From a virus (lineage: Duplodnaviria > Heunggongvirae > Uroviricota > Caudoviricetes), in the IMG/VR virus record IMGVR_UViG_2531839130_000007, positions 1 through 45,691 of that record: 45,691 bases of DNA, one strand, 5' to 3'. The position numbers and the translations under genes were made by a program. Position 1 is the stretch's first letter. Each line of letters begins with the position of its first letter. A model generated the notes under the pieces. That model ran no database searches. It was not told the DNA's origin and saw nothing but the letters and a program-made list of their open reading frames with translations. This document shows positions 1-8,735 of this stretch, in pieces.

Positions 1-95
1 AAATATTTGTTCACATCCTACACAAACAAGAGCGTTTCGTTGCAGGTCTGTATTCTGGTTCATTTTGTTGATACCCTTACATAGCCAATCAGCAC
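1..95 (-). pseudogene. 5' portion of a second pin-like invertase copy, partial at window edge, out of frame relative to pin
   Basis: Inverted duplicate of the pin start region (3277..3369); carries a 2-nt insertion (caacaaaatgaacc versus caacaaatgacc). Whether a full gene continues beyond position 1 cannot be seen. Confidence 0.4.
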
Positions 96-149
96 GCTGA
101 ATCTCCCGTTTAAAAGCGCAAATCATGCCATGCAGGCCGGAAACGGCCA

Positions 150-175
150 TTATCTAAAACCTTGGTTTACAGGAA
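150..175. other. gix/pix/hix-family 26-bp crossover site (left)
   Basis: ttatctaaaaccttggtttacaggaa is an imperfect dyad closely resembling the Mu gix site as remembered; an exact inverted copy lies at 3197..3222. Confidence 0.6.
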
Positions 176-1120
176 ACGGTAAATCAGGCTTCTGGCGCAT
201 TACAGAAAAACCAGAACGGCGCAGATATTCCGGGAAAAGATACCTTCACCAAAAATATTGGTGCCTGCCGCGCATATAGCGCATGGCTGAATATTGGTGG
301 CGATAGTCAGACCTGGACAACCGCACAATTCATTTCGTGGCTGGAGAGTCAGGGGGCATTTAACCATCCTTACTGGATGTGCAAAGGCTCATGGGTTTAT
401 GCAAATAATAAGGTCATTACAGATACAGGTTGCGGAAATATTTGTCTTGCAGGTGCTGTGGTGGAAGTTATTGGCACTCGCGGCGCAATGACCATACGCG
501 TTACCACGCCGAGCACGTCCAGTGGTGGCGGAATTACTAACGCTCAATTCACCTATATTAATCATGGTGATATTTATGCTCCTGGCTGGCGACGAGACTA
601 CAACACGAAAAACCAGCAGCCTGCATTTGCTTTAGGGCAAACAGGAGGCAGGGTTGCAAATGATAAAGCTGTTGGCTGGAACTGGAATAGCGGTGTTTAT
701 GATGCAGATCTCAAAGACGCAACAGCATTAATACTCCACTTCAATATGAATACGGGGAGTTGCCCTGCCGTACAGTTCCGCGTGAATTACAGGAACGGCG
801 GTATTTTTTATCGTTCAGCGCGTGATGGTTATGGATTTGAGGCTAACTGGTCAGAGTTTTACACCACGACCCGCAAACCCTCTGCGGGAGATGTTGGTGC
901 ATACACGCAGGCAGAATGTAACTCAAGGTTTATTACAGGTATTCGCCTTGGCGGTCTGTCATCTGTTCAGACATGGAATGGCCCCGGCTGGTCTGACAGG
1001 TCAGGTTATGTCGTTACGGGTTCAGTTAACGGAAACCGTGATGAATTAATTGATACAACTCAGGCAAGGCCAATTCAGTATTGCATTAATGGAACGTGGT
1101 ATAACGCGGGGAGTATTTAA
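158..1120 (+). CDS. Tail-fibre C-terminal variable cassette (Sv-like); no independent start, frame opens inside the left crossover site
   Basis: Frame is open from the TAA at 155-157 to 1120 (first ATG at 377). First 25 codons are encoded by the inverted repeat and shared with the opposite cassette. Ends ...INGTWYNAGSI, the motif shared by the other fibre proteins here. Confidence 0.65.
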   Translation, partial: NLGLQETVNQASGALQKNQNGADIPGKDTFTKNIGACRAYSAWLNIGGDSQTWTTAQFISWLESQGAFNHPYWMCKGSWVYANNKVITDTGCGNICLAGAVVEVIGTRGAMTIRVTTPSTSSGGGITNAQFTYINHGDIYAPGWRRDYNTKNQQPAFALGQTGGRVANDKAVGWNWNSGVYDADLKDATALILHFNMNTGSCPAVQFRVNYRNGGIFYRSARDGYGFEANWSEFYTTTRKPSAGDVGAYTQAECNSRFITGIRLGGLSSVQTWNGPGWSDRSGYVVTGSVNGNRDELIDTTQARPIQYCINGTWYNAGSI

Positions 1121-1122
1121 TT

Positions 1123-1656
1123 ATGATGCACTTAAAAAATATTACTGCTGGCAACCCTAAAACAAAAGAGCAATACCAGCTAACGAAACAATTTAACATC
1201 AAATGGCTTTATACAGAGGATGGGAAAAACTGGTATGAGGAACAAAAGAATTTCCAGCCAGACACTTTGAAAATGGTCTATGACCATAACGGCGTTATTA
1301 TTTGTATTGAAAAGGATGTTTCAGCAATTAATCCGGAAGGCGCAAGCGTCGTTGAATTACCTGATATTACAGCAAATCGCCGTGCTGACATTTCGGGTAA
1401 ATGGATGTTCAAAGATGGCGTAGTGGTAAAGCGAACTTATACCGAGGAAGAGCAGAGGCAGCTGGCGGAAAATGAAAAGCAAAGCCTGCTACAGCTCGTC
1501 AGGGATAAAACCCAGCTATGGGACTCACAGCTACGGCTGGGCATCATTTCCGACGAGAATAAACAAAAATTAACCGAGTGGATGCTCTATGCGCAGAAAG
1601 TCGAATCTACAGACACTTCCGGTCTGCCAGTAACGTTTCCCGAACAACCAGAATGA
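1123..1656 (+). CDS. Tail fibre assembly chaperone (Tfa / Mu U-like)
   Basis: 177 aa; N-terminus [20 protein letters not shown] is paralogous to the ORFs at 1685..2212 and 42015..42563; sits directly after a fibre-tip cassette. Confidence 0.8.
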   Translation: MMHLKNITAGNPKTKEQYQLTKQFNIKWLYTEDGKNWYEEQKNFQPDTLKMVYDHNGVIICIEKDVSAINPEGASVVELPDITANRRADISGKWMFKDGVVVKRTYTEEEQRQLAENEKQSLLQLVRDKTQLWDSQLRLGIISDENKQKLTEWMLYAQKVESTDTSGLPVTFPEQPE

Positions 1657-1684
1657 GAGAAGGCCCGCTATCGGGCCTTAATTT

Positions 1685-2212
1685 TTACTCTGGTTTTTGT
1701 GGCCATTCAGGATTTGCCGTATCCACACGGCTGACCAGAACACTGTAGCGTTCCCATGCTTCCAGTCGTGTGCGTTCCTCGTCTGTTGCCATATTCAGCC
1801 TGACAGCGCGTTCCAGCGGCTGGATGACTGATTCAGCTTCGGAAAGCAATGCGGCCTTTTGTGATTCGGCCTGTTGTTGCTGTTCGTCTGCTGTATAAAT
1901 CCGCTTAACCACAGTTCCGTCCTTAAACATCCACTTCCCTGAATCATCGGCACGACGATTGACTGTTATATCTGGAATCTCAACGACACTAAAGCCTTCG
2001 GGATTAAGCGTTGAGGCATCTTTGGTTATGGCAACAATAATATTATTTTCGTCGTAAACAATCTTTATGGTGTCTTCCTGAAAGTTATTTACTTCCTCAT
2101 ACCAGTTTTTACCGTCTTCTGTATATAACCAGATAACATCAAAATTCTTTGTTAGCTGATATTGCTCTTTTGTTTTTGGATTTCCTGACTTAATATTTTT
2201 TAAATGCTGCAT
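1685..2212 (-). CDS. Tail fibre assembly chaperone, alternative copy (U'-like)
   Basis: 175 aa, [20 protein letters not shown]...; convergent with its paralog inside the invertible segment. Confidence 0.8.
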   Translation of the reverse strand: MQHLKNIKSGNPKTKEQYQLTKNFDVIWLYTEDGKNWYEEVNNFQEDTIKIVYDENNIIVAITKDASTLNPEGFSVVEIPDITVNRRADDSGKWMFKDGTVVKRIYTADEQQQQAESQKAALLSEAESVIQPLERAVRLNMATDEERTRLEAWERYSVLVSRVDTANPEWPQKPE

Positions 2213-2215
2213 AAT

Positions 2216-3214
2216 TTACACCTGTGCGACGTTATACCATGTGCCATTGATGTATTTTTGTATTGGTCTGAAGATGGCTTCATCATCGCCATCTACTTCA
2301 CCAATGATTCTTAATCCGGTAATTGCGTGTCCGGCTTTTTCATAACGACCACCACGCGCCATCAATTGAACAACACGCGTACCCAGGCGAACATCTTTCA
2401 CATAACGGGAATCAAAGTTACCGTAATCTGAGGGATTAACACGACCTGTAATATTTATGGTTTTATTACTTTGAATACTGCCGGAGACAAAGCGCATAAC
2501 ATGGACGTTATTAGCATAAACATCCAGATACCCGTCGCCATTTTGTTTAAATCCCGTGTCATTATCACCCAAAACAATCGAGTTACCACCAAGAGCACTG
2601 GATGTTCCGATGCCCAGTGCACCATTCAATTGACCGCCAGATAATGACAACGCCCCAACCTCAGCAGCAGTCGGTTTAATGTGCGAACTGTAAATTACAT
2701 ATACAGTTCCATCTGTCAGGCCTGTTGGTTTATTCGCTGTATAAGTTGGTGATGTATGAATCGTTACACTGGCGTTACTGGTATAATCCCACTGAATATT
2801 AACACCTGTGGCGTAATTACCTATTTCTACATAAATGTCATAGGTATCACCTGATGTATTCACCCATGCAAAATTAGTAAATCCAATCGAGGTCCGTCGC
2901 CATAATGCACCAGTAATACCTTTTGGATTCCCATTTCCGGCACGCAGAACCAGCTCAGAGATGCCTGCTTGATGCGAGGAGCCAACGTTATACCCTGCGC
3001 CACCAATCAGGCTTATGTAAACCACGGAACTGGCTTGTGGCATTGTTACAGTTGCCAGTTTGAACCATCCAGCACCACCACTAAAAGACATGGTTGTTGA
3101 ATTTGTTGTGCCGATATTACGCAGGAATAGTTTTTTATCGGGAATATCTGCACCGTTCTGGTTTTTCTGTAATGCACCAGAAGCCTGATTTACCGTTTCC
3201 TGTAAACCAAGGTT
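2216..3214 (-). CDS. Tail-fibre C-terminal variable cassette, alternative copy (Sv'-like)
   Basis: Frame open from the right crossover site (stop at 3215-3217) to 2216 (first ATG at 3091). Contains ALGIG..ALGGNSI.LGDNDTG.KQNGDG.LDVYAN block shared with the fibre gene at 40501..42012; ends ...INGTWYNVAQV. Confidence 0.65.
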   Translation of the reverse strand, partial: NLGLQETVNQASGALQKNQNGADIPDKKLFLRNIGTTNSTTMSFSGGAGWFKLATVTMPQASSVVYISLIGGAGYNVGSSHQAGISELVLRAGNGNPKGITGALWRRTSIGFTNFAWVNTSGDTYDIYVEIGNYATGVNIQWDYTSNASVTIHTSPTYTANKPTGLTDGTVYVIYSSHIKPTAAEVGALSLSGGQLNGALGIGTSSALGGNSIVLGDNDTGFKQNGDGYLDVYANNVHVMRFVSGSIQSNKTINITGRVNPSDYGNFDSRYVKDVRLGTRVVQLMARGGRYEKAGHAITGLRIIGEVDGDDEAIFRPIQKYINGTWYNVAQV

Positions 3215-3369
3215 TTAGATAATGGCCGTTTCCGGCCTGCATGGCATGATTTGCGCTTTTAAACGGGAGATTCAGCGTGCTGATTGGCTATGTAAGGGTA
3301 TCAACAAATGACCAGAATACAGACCTGCAACGAAACGCTCTTGTTTGTGTAGGATGTGAACAAATATTT
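3139..3369. repeat. Right arm of the inverted repeat; contains the right crossover site and the first ~93 nt of pin
   Basis: Same alignment as the left arm; identity is lost left of 3139. Confidence 0.85.
3197..3222. other. gix/pix/hix-family 26-bp crossover site (right)
   Basis: Reverse complement of the left site, 55 bp upstream of the pin start. Confidence 0.6.
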
Positions 3370-3792
3370 GAAGATAAATTAAGCGGGACAAAGACTGACC
3401 GACCGGGATTAAAACGCGCTTTAAAGCGCCTTCAACAAGGTGACACGCTGGTTGTCTGGAAACTGGATCGCCTCGGGCGAAGCATGAAACATCTGATTTC
3501 TCTCGTCGGAGAACTACGGGAGCGAGGGATTAATTTTCGCAGCCTTACTGACAGTATTGATACGTCATCCCCAATGGGGCGTTTTTTCTCCCACGTTATG
3601 GGTGCCCTGGCTGAAATGGAACGAGAACTAATCATCGAGCGAACAATGGCAGGACTTGCTGCCGCCAGAAATAAAGGCCGTATTGGTGGGCGACCACCTA
3701 AACTAACCAAAGCGGAATGGGAGCAGGCCGGGCGTTTATTAGCACAAGGAATCCCCCGCACTCTGAATCACGGGCCATCAGTTATGCACTGA
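3277..3792 (+). CDS. pin: Serine DNA invertase, Pin/Gin/Hin/Cin family; C-terminal DNA-binding helix appears missing
   Basis: [23 protein letters not shown]...[24 protein letters not shown] matches remembered Pin/Gin nearly residue for residue, then diverges ([10 protein letters not shown]-stop) where the recognition-helix region should follow. GTG start. Confidence 0.8.
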   Translation: MLIGYVRVSTNDQNTDLQRNALVCVGCEQIFEDKLSGTKTDRPGLKRALKRLQQGDTLVVWKLDRLGRSMKHLISLVGELRERGINFRSLTDSIDTSSPMGRFFSHVMGALAEMERELIIERTMAGLAAARNKGRIGGRPPKLTKAEWEQAGRLLAQGIPRTLNHGPSVMH

Positions 3793-4136
3793 AAACCATA
3801 AGGTTACTGTATCCGTCAGTGGAGTGGGTTCAGTCCTTTGCAGACGAACGCTGCGGACGTGCAGGCGTTGTGTATCAGGCGTCGAATTTTGATTTTATTG
3901 GCAGTCATGAAAGCACGTTCTACGAGCTGGATGGTGAGTGGTATCACGAGATAACGATGAACGCAATTAAACGCGGTGGACAACGAGGCGTGTATTTACG
4001 GGCTAATAAAGAGCGTGCCGCAGTGCACAAATTTAATCAGTATCGCTGCATCAGATTCCTGAACAAGCGAGCAAGGAAGCGGCTAAATACTAAACTATTC
4101 AGGGCTCAGCCATACCCCAAAAGCAGTTCGGATTAG
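3717..4136 (+). pseudogene. ORF fused downstream of the truncated invertase; possibly the C-terminal remnant of a Mom-like gene
   Basis: Overlaps the pin 3' end in another frame with no convincing start. Mom assignment rests on Mu gene order (G segment, gin, com, mom) and a weak recollection of the family; not verified. Confidence 0.25.
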
Positions 4137-4225
4137 TGTTAGATAAATTCAATGAGCTTATTAACTAGACATGACATTATAGTATGGAAAACTTGATATC
4201 TTTATCCATACACGGAGCATATTAG

Positions 4226-4672
4226 ATGAAAAAAGCAAAATTGCTAATCAGTGCCATCATCGGCTTATTTGTACTAACCGCCCCTTCAGTCAGTCATGCT
4301 CAAGAAAAAGATTTTGATCCTGAAGTTGCAGCTGATGCAATCTTAAGGTCGGCAGGGATAGATCCAGATAAGAATATTGTCAATAAAGCTCCTGCCTCTG
4401 GTTTTTGGGCCTGCCACGGTATTCGTCTGCATATGGGTGTTGATATGGGGTCATGGACTGATCTTGATACTGGTGAACTATACACTCAGACAGAAACAGG
4501 CCAGATTGATGAGCAAGACAAGGATGAAAAGATTAAAGGGACTGATTATCTATATGCTTCAACCAGAAACCCTGCGGTTGTAAAGTATTTTATCGTTGAT
4601 AAATCTGGAAAAAATCTTTATATCCGAGATGATATAAAGTTCTTCAAAACATATAAATGTAAACGAAACTAA
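4226..4672 (+). CDS. Small secreted protein of unknown function (AT-rich cargo gene)
   Basis: 148 aa with typical signal peptide MKKAKLLISAIIGLFVLTAPSVSHA; locus is visibly AT-richer than its flanks, with its own AT-rich upstream region and a downstream hairpin. Confidence 0.6.
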   Translation: MKKAKLLISAIIGLFVLTAPSVSHAQEKDFDPEVAADAILRSAGIDPDKNIVNKAPASGFWACHGIRLHMGVDMGSWTDLDTGELYTQTETGQIDEQDKDEKIKGTDYLYASTRNPAVVKYFIVDKSGKNLYIRDDIKFFKTYKCKRN

Positions 4673-4701
4673 TACTGGTATACCCAAAACTGTCTCAGTT
4701 G

Positions 4702-4751
4702 AAGCGCGAAAGTTTGTATTTTCGTGTTTTGTTTGAAACGCTTTCGCGCTT
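4702..4751. terminator. Candidate bidirectional hairpin between convergent genes
   Basis: aagcgcgaaag (4702-4712) pairs with ctttcgcgctt (4741-4751), followed by a T-run; the loop is long (28 nt), so weak. Confidence 0.3.
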
Positions 4752-4764
4752 TTCATGAGCCGGC

Positions 4765-6222
4765 TCAGTCAACAAATTCACCACGTGATGCAGCAAGCAA
4801 TTTGTCGGCATCGACAGGATTTTTTGATGGATTGTTTTTCCGGGCTTCATGGAGTTCTTCCCGCAGTTCCTGATATTTCGCATCAACAGAATTTACCTGT
4901 GACTGAGCATCCAGCGGCTGCGTGTCCTGATGATGTTCAGTTGCATCCGGTTCCACTGTTTCAGCCGTTGCCTGTTCATTTGCCATTGCGCAAGATGGTT
5001 GCGGTTTTTCTTCATCATCCTGTTTTTCTTCTTCTGCTACACGCTGCGGCATTGGGGCAGAGGAGCGACCGCAGGCAATATCCACGATTTCCGGATCAGG
5101 GTTGGCATGATCGGTTTCAGTCAGCACCCTGCTCAGATATTCGGTGACACGGTGGTGGGTAGCCTCGATACCAATTGGTGCTTCTTTTACGGACGCAACC
5201 ACAATGGCGCGGGAATAATCCAGCCCGCCAGGCATGGTGATGAATTTGTCGCGGAAAACAGAAAAGGGCGGTTTATTTTCAGCGATAATTTCCTCAATGC
5301 GTTTAGCGTGTGCCGGATGAAGGTTATAGATGTCCACGTCCATTGAACGGGCCAGTACGCCAGTGGCTACGTCGCGCGCCAGTGACGTAAGATCGTGGAC
5401 GAAACCTTCGCCGCGATCGGTGAGGTTCCCGCCGCCAGCATTAGCACCGGAAGCCGTGCGAGTGATGCGTGAAACACGATTCCCTTTTCGCCATTCTTTT
5501 GTCAGAAGACCGCGATCAATGTGTTCGGTATCCAGCCAGGCTGAAATGAAATTCTTAAATTCATAGGGCTGATGTTTTTTCGTGATAGAGAAAACTGCCT
5601 TAATTGCATCAGTCAGGCGGAGCAGGGCGGCATTATCCAGAGTTGTTGGCTCTGCCATGCCGCGTATGGCCAACAGCAGATTCTGGACATAGCTGTTTTC
5701 CTGGTCCATCTCAAGAGCAGTAATGTGTTCGCGTTGTTCACGGGTGGCATGATGCAGGTATTTCCGATCCCCGGCCGCATACGTAAAAATGTGCAGAAGA
5801 CGCTGTGTGAACTGCAAAGTGGCTACAGAGACTTCGCAATCCTGGCAATCCCCGTGGGCGTCTGCCTGCGCGTTTTCTTCCTGGCCTACCGCCAGTTCTT
5901 TGGTTTCCTGAGCATTATCCTGGTGGTGAACGTCGTCTGGCGCTGCTCCCGGTTTTAGTTCCCAGGTCATGGAGTCTTTGCTGAGTTGATAGCGTTCACT
6001 CCAGGTAAAATCGATCTCACCTTCAGGGGGCAGGTCATTAACGACAGGAAAATTAGTTGCAATAGCTTTAAAATAGTTGCTCAGTTTTTTACCTGACTTA
6101 ACGATCAGGTAGTCCAGAGTGGCACAGGTTGATTCAAAATCGTCGCTTGCCCACAGGACGACGTCAGGCTCACCGGATGATTTTTTCGCTTTCCGTAAAA
6201 GGAAGAGTGGTTTTGTGCTCAT
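4765..6222 (-). CDS. recE: RecE (exonuclease VIII) N-terminal region only; nuclease domain absent
   Basis: N-terminus [46 protein letters not shown] and later blocks ([30 protein letters not shown], ...[11 protein letters not shown]) match remembered Rac RecE; ORF stops where full-length RecE continues. Gene order fits Rac. Confidence 0.6.
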   Translation of the reverse strand: MSTKPLFLLRKAKKSSGEPDVVLWASDDFESTCATLDYLIVKSGKKLSNYFKAIATNFPVVNDLPPEGEIDFTWSERYQLSKDSMTWELKPGAAPDDVHHQDNAQETKELAVGQEENAQADAHGDCQDCEVSVATLQFTQRLLHIFTYAAGDRKYLHHATREQREHITALEMDQENSYVQNLLLAIRGMAEPTTLDNAALLRLTDAIKAVFSITKKHQPYEFKNFISAWLDTEHIDRGLLTKEWRKGNRVSRITRTASGANAGGGNLTDRGEGFVHDLTSLARDVATGVLARSMDVDIYNLHPAHAKRIEEIIAENKPPFSVFRDKFITMPGGLDYSRAIVVASVKEAPIGIEATHHRVTEYLSRVLTETDHANPDPEIVDIACGRSSAPMPQRVAEEEKQDDEEKPQPSCAMANEQATAETVEPDATEHHQDTQPLDAQSQVNSVDAKYQELREELHEARKNNPSKNPVDADKLLAASRGEFVD

Positions 6223-6321
6223 TGTTTTTTAACCTCAACTCAGATTAAAATTACTGCGAGTGATGAATAAATGTCCCAGGTTCTTCACTCAGGCCTGCAC
6301 ACAGTGCAGGCTTTCTTTTTT

Positions 6322-6598
6322 TCAGATTTCACCGTTTAATTTCATTGCGATCAGAGTTGCCAGAAATCCGGCTTTTTTTTCTGCGGGCAGATTCTTTCCG
6401 ATGTGAACCAGGCTCATTTTTGTGACACCTTCATCAAGTGTTTTTACGTTGCCTGATGGACCATCGATATCAACCACAGTGAATGGGGTTTCTTTATTTT
6501 CTGTTTTAATTACGTAGCCAATGCGCTTTCCTTCCAGATTCACCTCGTGAACAATGTCATCGGTAGTTACAACAGTGGTTTCATAATTGGTAATCATG
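6322..6598 (-). CDS. racC: RacC-like early protein
   Basis: Start moved to the internal ATG at 6598 preceded by AAGGAGAAAAAC; gives 91 aa (MITNYETTVV...), the length and operon position of Rac RacC. Sequence identity not verified from memory. Confidence 0.45.
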
Positions 6599-6671
6599 TT
6601 TTTCTCCTTAATTAAGGTTGAGCGAATCCCTGCCATTTCTGGCATAAATTCAGTTTCGAATAGTCAATTAA

Positions 6672-6848
6672 TTAAAGTTCGTGTGCCATCTGGTCTTTTT
6701 CGGCACAAGCTTCACTGCAATATTTTCTCGGTTCGTCTTTTGATAAAGTCCCGTGCATGAAGTGAAGCATTCTTTCAATAGCTTTGCTTTCTTCAACGTC
6801 TTTTTTGCAAAGGTGGTAAGCACATTTTATTTTCTTAGTCATCACCAT
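6672..6848 (-). CDS. ydaE: YdaE-like small zinc-binding protein (not in the ORF track)
   Basis: 58 aa found by hand: [58 protein letters not shown], with CxxHxC and CxxxC pairs; start overlaps the upstream stop (ATGGTGATGA). Confidence 0.55.
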   Translation of the reverse strand: MVMTKKIKCAYHLCKKDVEESKAIERMLHFMHGTLSKDEPRKYCSEACAEKDQMAHEL

Positions 6849-7063
6849 GACTCCGCCTTTACAGGTAAACCATCACGACCGAGGAAGACTTTAATCATGC
6901 GGTCAGTAATGCATGTTTTTGTGGTCAGGTTACGAATATAAAGTTTTCGCTTTTTAATATTGTTTGCCGAGGCAATATATGTCCGGCCTTCATGAAGAAC
7001 ATAATCGCCAGGAGTCACACACTGACGTGGTATTTCATCAGTTCCAAAGTGATGAGCAATCAT
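6842..7063 (-). CDS. kilR: KilR-like small early protein
   Basis: Internal ATG at 7063 with GGAG 6 nt upstream gives 73 aa ([15 protein letters not shown]...), matching KilR length and its position upstream of ydaE in Rac. Confidence 0.45.
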   Translation of the reverse strand: MIAHHFGTDEIPRQCVTPGDYVLHEGRTYIASANNIKKRKLYIRNLTTKTCITDRMIKVFLGRDGLPVKAESW

Positions 7064-7483
7064 AATTATCTCCATTTTTACAAATGAACTTTGTCGATGC
7101 GGTGCCTGGTGCCTCCAGGTGACTGTAACCAGTTAACAATTACAGTCGGCTTTCCCACCCAAACCAATAAGGACTAACATGACTTTTAACTGTGCCGCGT
7201 GCGCTTAGCCGCATTCACCGCATCACAAAATTCACTTTAAAAAGGGCGGACATCAGCCGAACTTCAAGAAAAAAACTGATGCCGCTAGGATACACACAGC
7301 AATGTCGTTATTTACAACCGGAGGCGCACTCCCACCATTTAAATTTAACAGACAAGACCGACTCTTTATGGATATCGGAAATGCGCCTTCGTGTTGTGCC
7401 CAGTTTTATTTCACCACCTCCGGGCTTTGGTGGTTTCTGCTATACCCCTACAGCGAGAATATTGAATTAATCTAAATAATGGA

Positions 7484-7636
7484 TTAGCAAGTATTTCTGG
7501 CAAGCCAGCGACGTGCGCCCGTTTCAGTTTTGAATGTCTTGCTTTTGGCATAAGTCATGGCGGTGAACGTTCCATCCTGGTTGGGGAACACGCCACATAC
7601 CAGAGATTCGTTGTTGCCAAGATCGATAGTATCCAT
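7484..7636 (-). CDS. ydaF: YdaF-like small protein (not in the ORF track)
   Basis: 50 aa found by hand: MDTIDLGNNESLVCGVFPNQDGTFTAMTYAKSKTFKTETGARRWLARNTC; GAGGT Shine-Dalgarno upstream; first gene after the leftward promoter. Confidence 0.45.
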   Translation of the reverse strand: MDTIDLGNNESLVCGVFPNQDGTFTAMTYAKSKTFKTETGARRWLARNTC

Positions 7637-7707
7637 GTTGACCTCATTTCCCCTTAACGCCGGGTGGCGGAACTAAAACCTACAGCGCCGTGCTGTTCTT
7701 GATATAA

Positions 7708-7736
7708 ATATTAGTAACACGGATATTTTAAGTCAA
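7708..7736 (-). promoter_or_regulatory. Leftward early promoter (PL-like), sigma70-type
   Basis: Minus strand reads TTGACT - 17 nt - TAATAT, about 65 nt upstream of the ydaF-like start and downstream of the repressor terminator. Confidence 0.45.
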
Positions 7737-7833
7737 CAGTATGGCGTATGATATTTTTGATTTAGTAATTAAGTAAATGTTTTTTCAAGGGAAAAATATT
7801 AGTTATACAGCTGATTTGCAGAAGTTATGGCAC

Positions 7834-7864
7834 AAAAAAACCGACTAAGAAGTCGGTTTTTTTG
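7834..7864. terminator. Bidirectional intrinsic terminator after the repressor gene
   Basis: A-run, stem ccgact/agtcgg with loop aaga, then T-run; reads as a terminator on both strands. Confidence 0.7.
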
Positions 7865-7890
7865 TTGTGGATGGGGGTAGTGAGCGGTGG

Positions 7891-8352
7891 CTACTGGTTG
7901 CGTTTCTTTAGTGCCAGCATGTTCTCGAAAGCTTCCTCGTAGAGCTTGTTTAGTCCACGTAGCTGGTTAAGGAGTTTGGCTTTTTCTGACGCAGGTAGAA
8001 TCTCGAAGAGGTTAAGTAACTCTGCCTGTTCTTCATTGACCAGCCTCCATCCTTTGCCTGAAAAGCTATCATCATAAGTATCTGATGATCTTACATAATT
8101 CATTAAGTCTTTAAGGTCTTCTCGAATGTCCTCTGGTTTTACCTTTAACAGAGCCGCAAATTTTAGCGCAGCGTCGGTATTTACCGGTATCTTGCCGTTC
8201 AGATACTGACTAACGGTGCCTTGAGATTCGAATCCCAACAACTCAGCCGCCAGCTCTTGAGTCAGCTTCAGCTCTTTTTTTCTTGCATTCCATGCGGCTT
8301 TTAAATTCTTGCTCGCTTCTGGAGTTGCAATCACTTCGCGTGTTTTTTTCAT
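7891..8352 (-). CDS. Prophage repressor, XRE-family HTH (RacR-like)
   Basis: 153 aa with N-terminal HTH (LTQELAAELLGFESQGTVSQYLNGK); divergent from a Cro-like gene across a 100-bp intergenic region. Confidence 0.7.
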   Translation of the reverse strand: MKKTREVIATPEASKNLKAAWNARKKELKLTQELAAELLGFESQGTVSQYLNGKIPVNTDAALKFAALLKVKPEDIREDLKDLMNYVRSSDTYDDSFSGKGWRLVNEEQAELLNLFEILPASEKAKLLNQLRGLNKLYEEAFENMLALKKRNQ

Positions 8353-8453
8353 ACATAGAGTTTATTTGTTTTACCAATATTATCAAAGATAGTCTGACTA
8401 TTGATCTTTAAAATTAGTGGAGCTAATATTTGCTCGAAGCATAACGTAGAAGG

Positions 8454-8735
8454 TTGGCTATGAACTTAAGAGACTATTTAAAAGAGAAACATATCACCCA
8501 GCTACAGTTTGGGAAGCTAACGGGTTTATCTCAGGTGCATGTAAGTCGAGTGCTGGGGGGCCATGAAAGATTCAGCCCTGAAAAAGCATTACGTGTTGCT
8601 GAAGTAACGAATTTCGAGGTTACACCTCATGAACTCCGTCCTGATATCTACCCGAATCCGACCGATGGTTTACCTGTTGGATGTAAGGCTAACACACAAA
8701 ATGCACAGGAGTTGATTCATGAAAATCAGGCATGA
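8454..8735 (+). CDS. ydaS: Cro-like HTH regulator (YdaS-like)
   Basis: 93 aa, HTH ITQLQFGKLTGLSQVHVSRVLGG; divergent from the repressor and immediately upstream of the YdaT-like gene. Confidence 0.6.
   Translation: MAMNLRDYLKEKHITQLQFGKLTGLSQVHVSRVLGGHERFSPEKALRVAEVTNFEVTPHELRPDIYPNPTDGLPVGCKANTQNAQELIHENQA

Larger units (their letters stand above)
1..232. repeat. Left arm of long inverted repeat flanking the invertible segment (reverse complement of 3139..3369)
   Basis: Hand alignment of rc(1..232) against 3139..3369: identical except two G/A substitutions and a 2-nt indel near 60-66. Repeat reaches the window edge, so true length is unknown. Confidence 0.85.
150..3222. mobile_element. Invertible DNA segment (tail-fibre host-range switch, Mu G / e14 P / P1 C-segment type)
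   Basis: Two convergent fibre-tip cassettes plus two chaperone genes bounded by inverted crossover sites with an adjacent serine invertase; classic layout. Confidence 0.7.

Noticed and set aside
3432-3761. Minus-strand ORF antisense to pin
   Set aside because: Entirely inside the well-supported invertase frame; Arg/Ser-rich shadow translation.
4755-5958. Plus-strand ORFs 4755..5147, 4930..5346, 5330..5566 and 5572..5958 inside the recE region
   Set aside because: All are antisense to the long recE frame, lack Shine-Dalgarno sequences and have odd composition; treated as shadow ORFs.
7192-7470. ORF 7192..7470 (+) as a possible SieB-like exclusion gene
   Set aside because: No ribosome-binding site, basic low-complexity product with no membrane segments, and it lies in the leader region of the leftward early operon.
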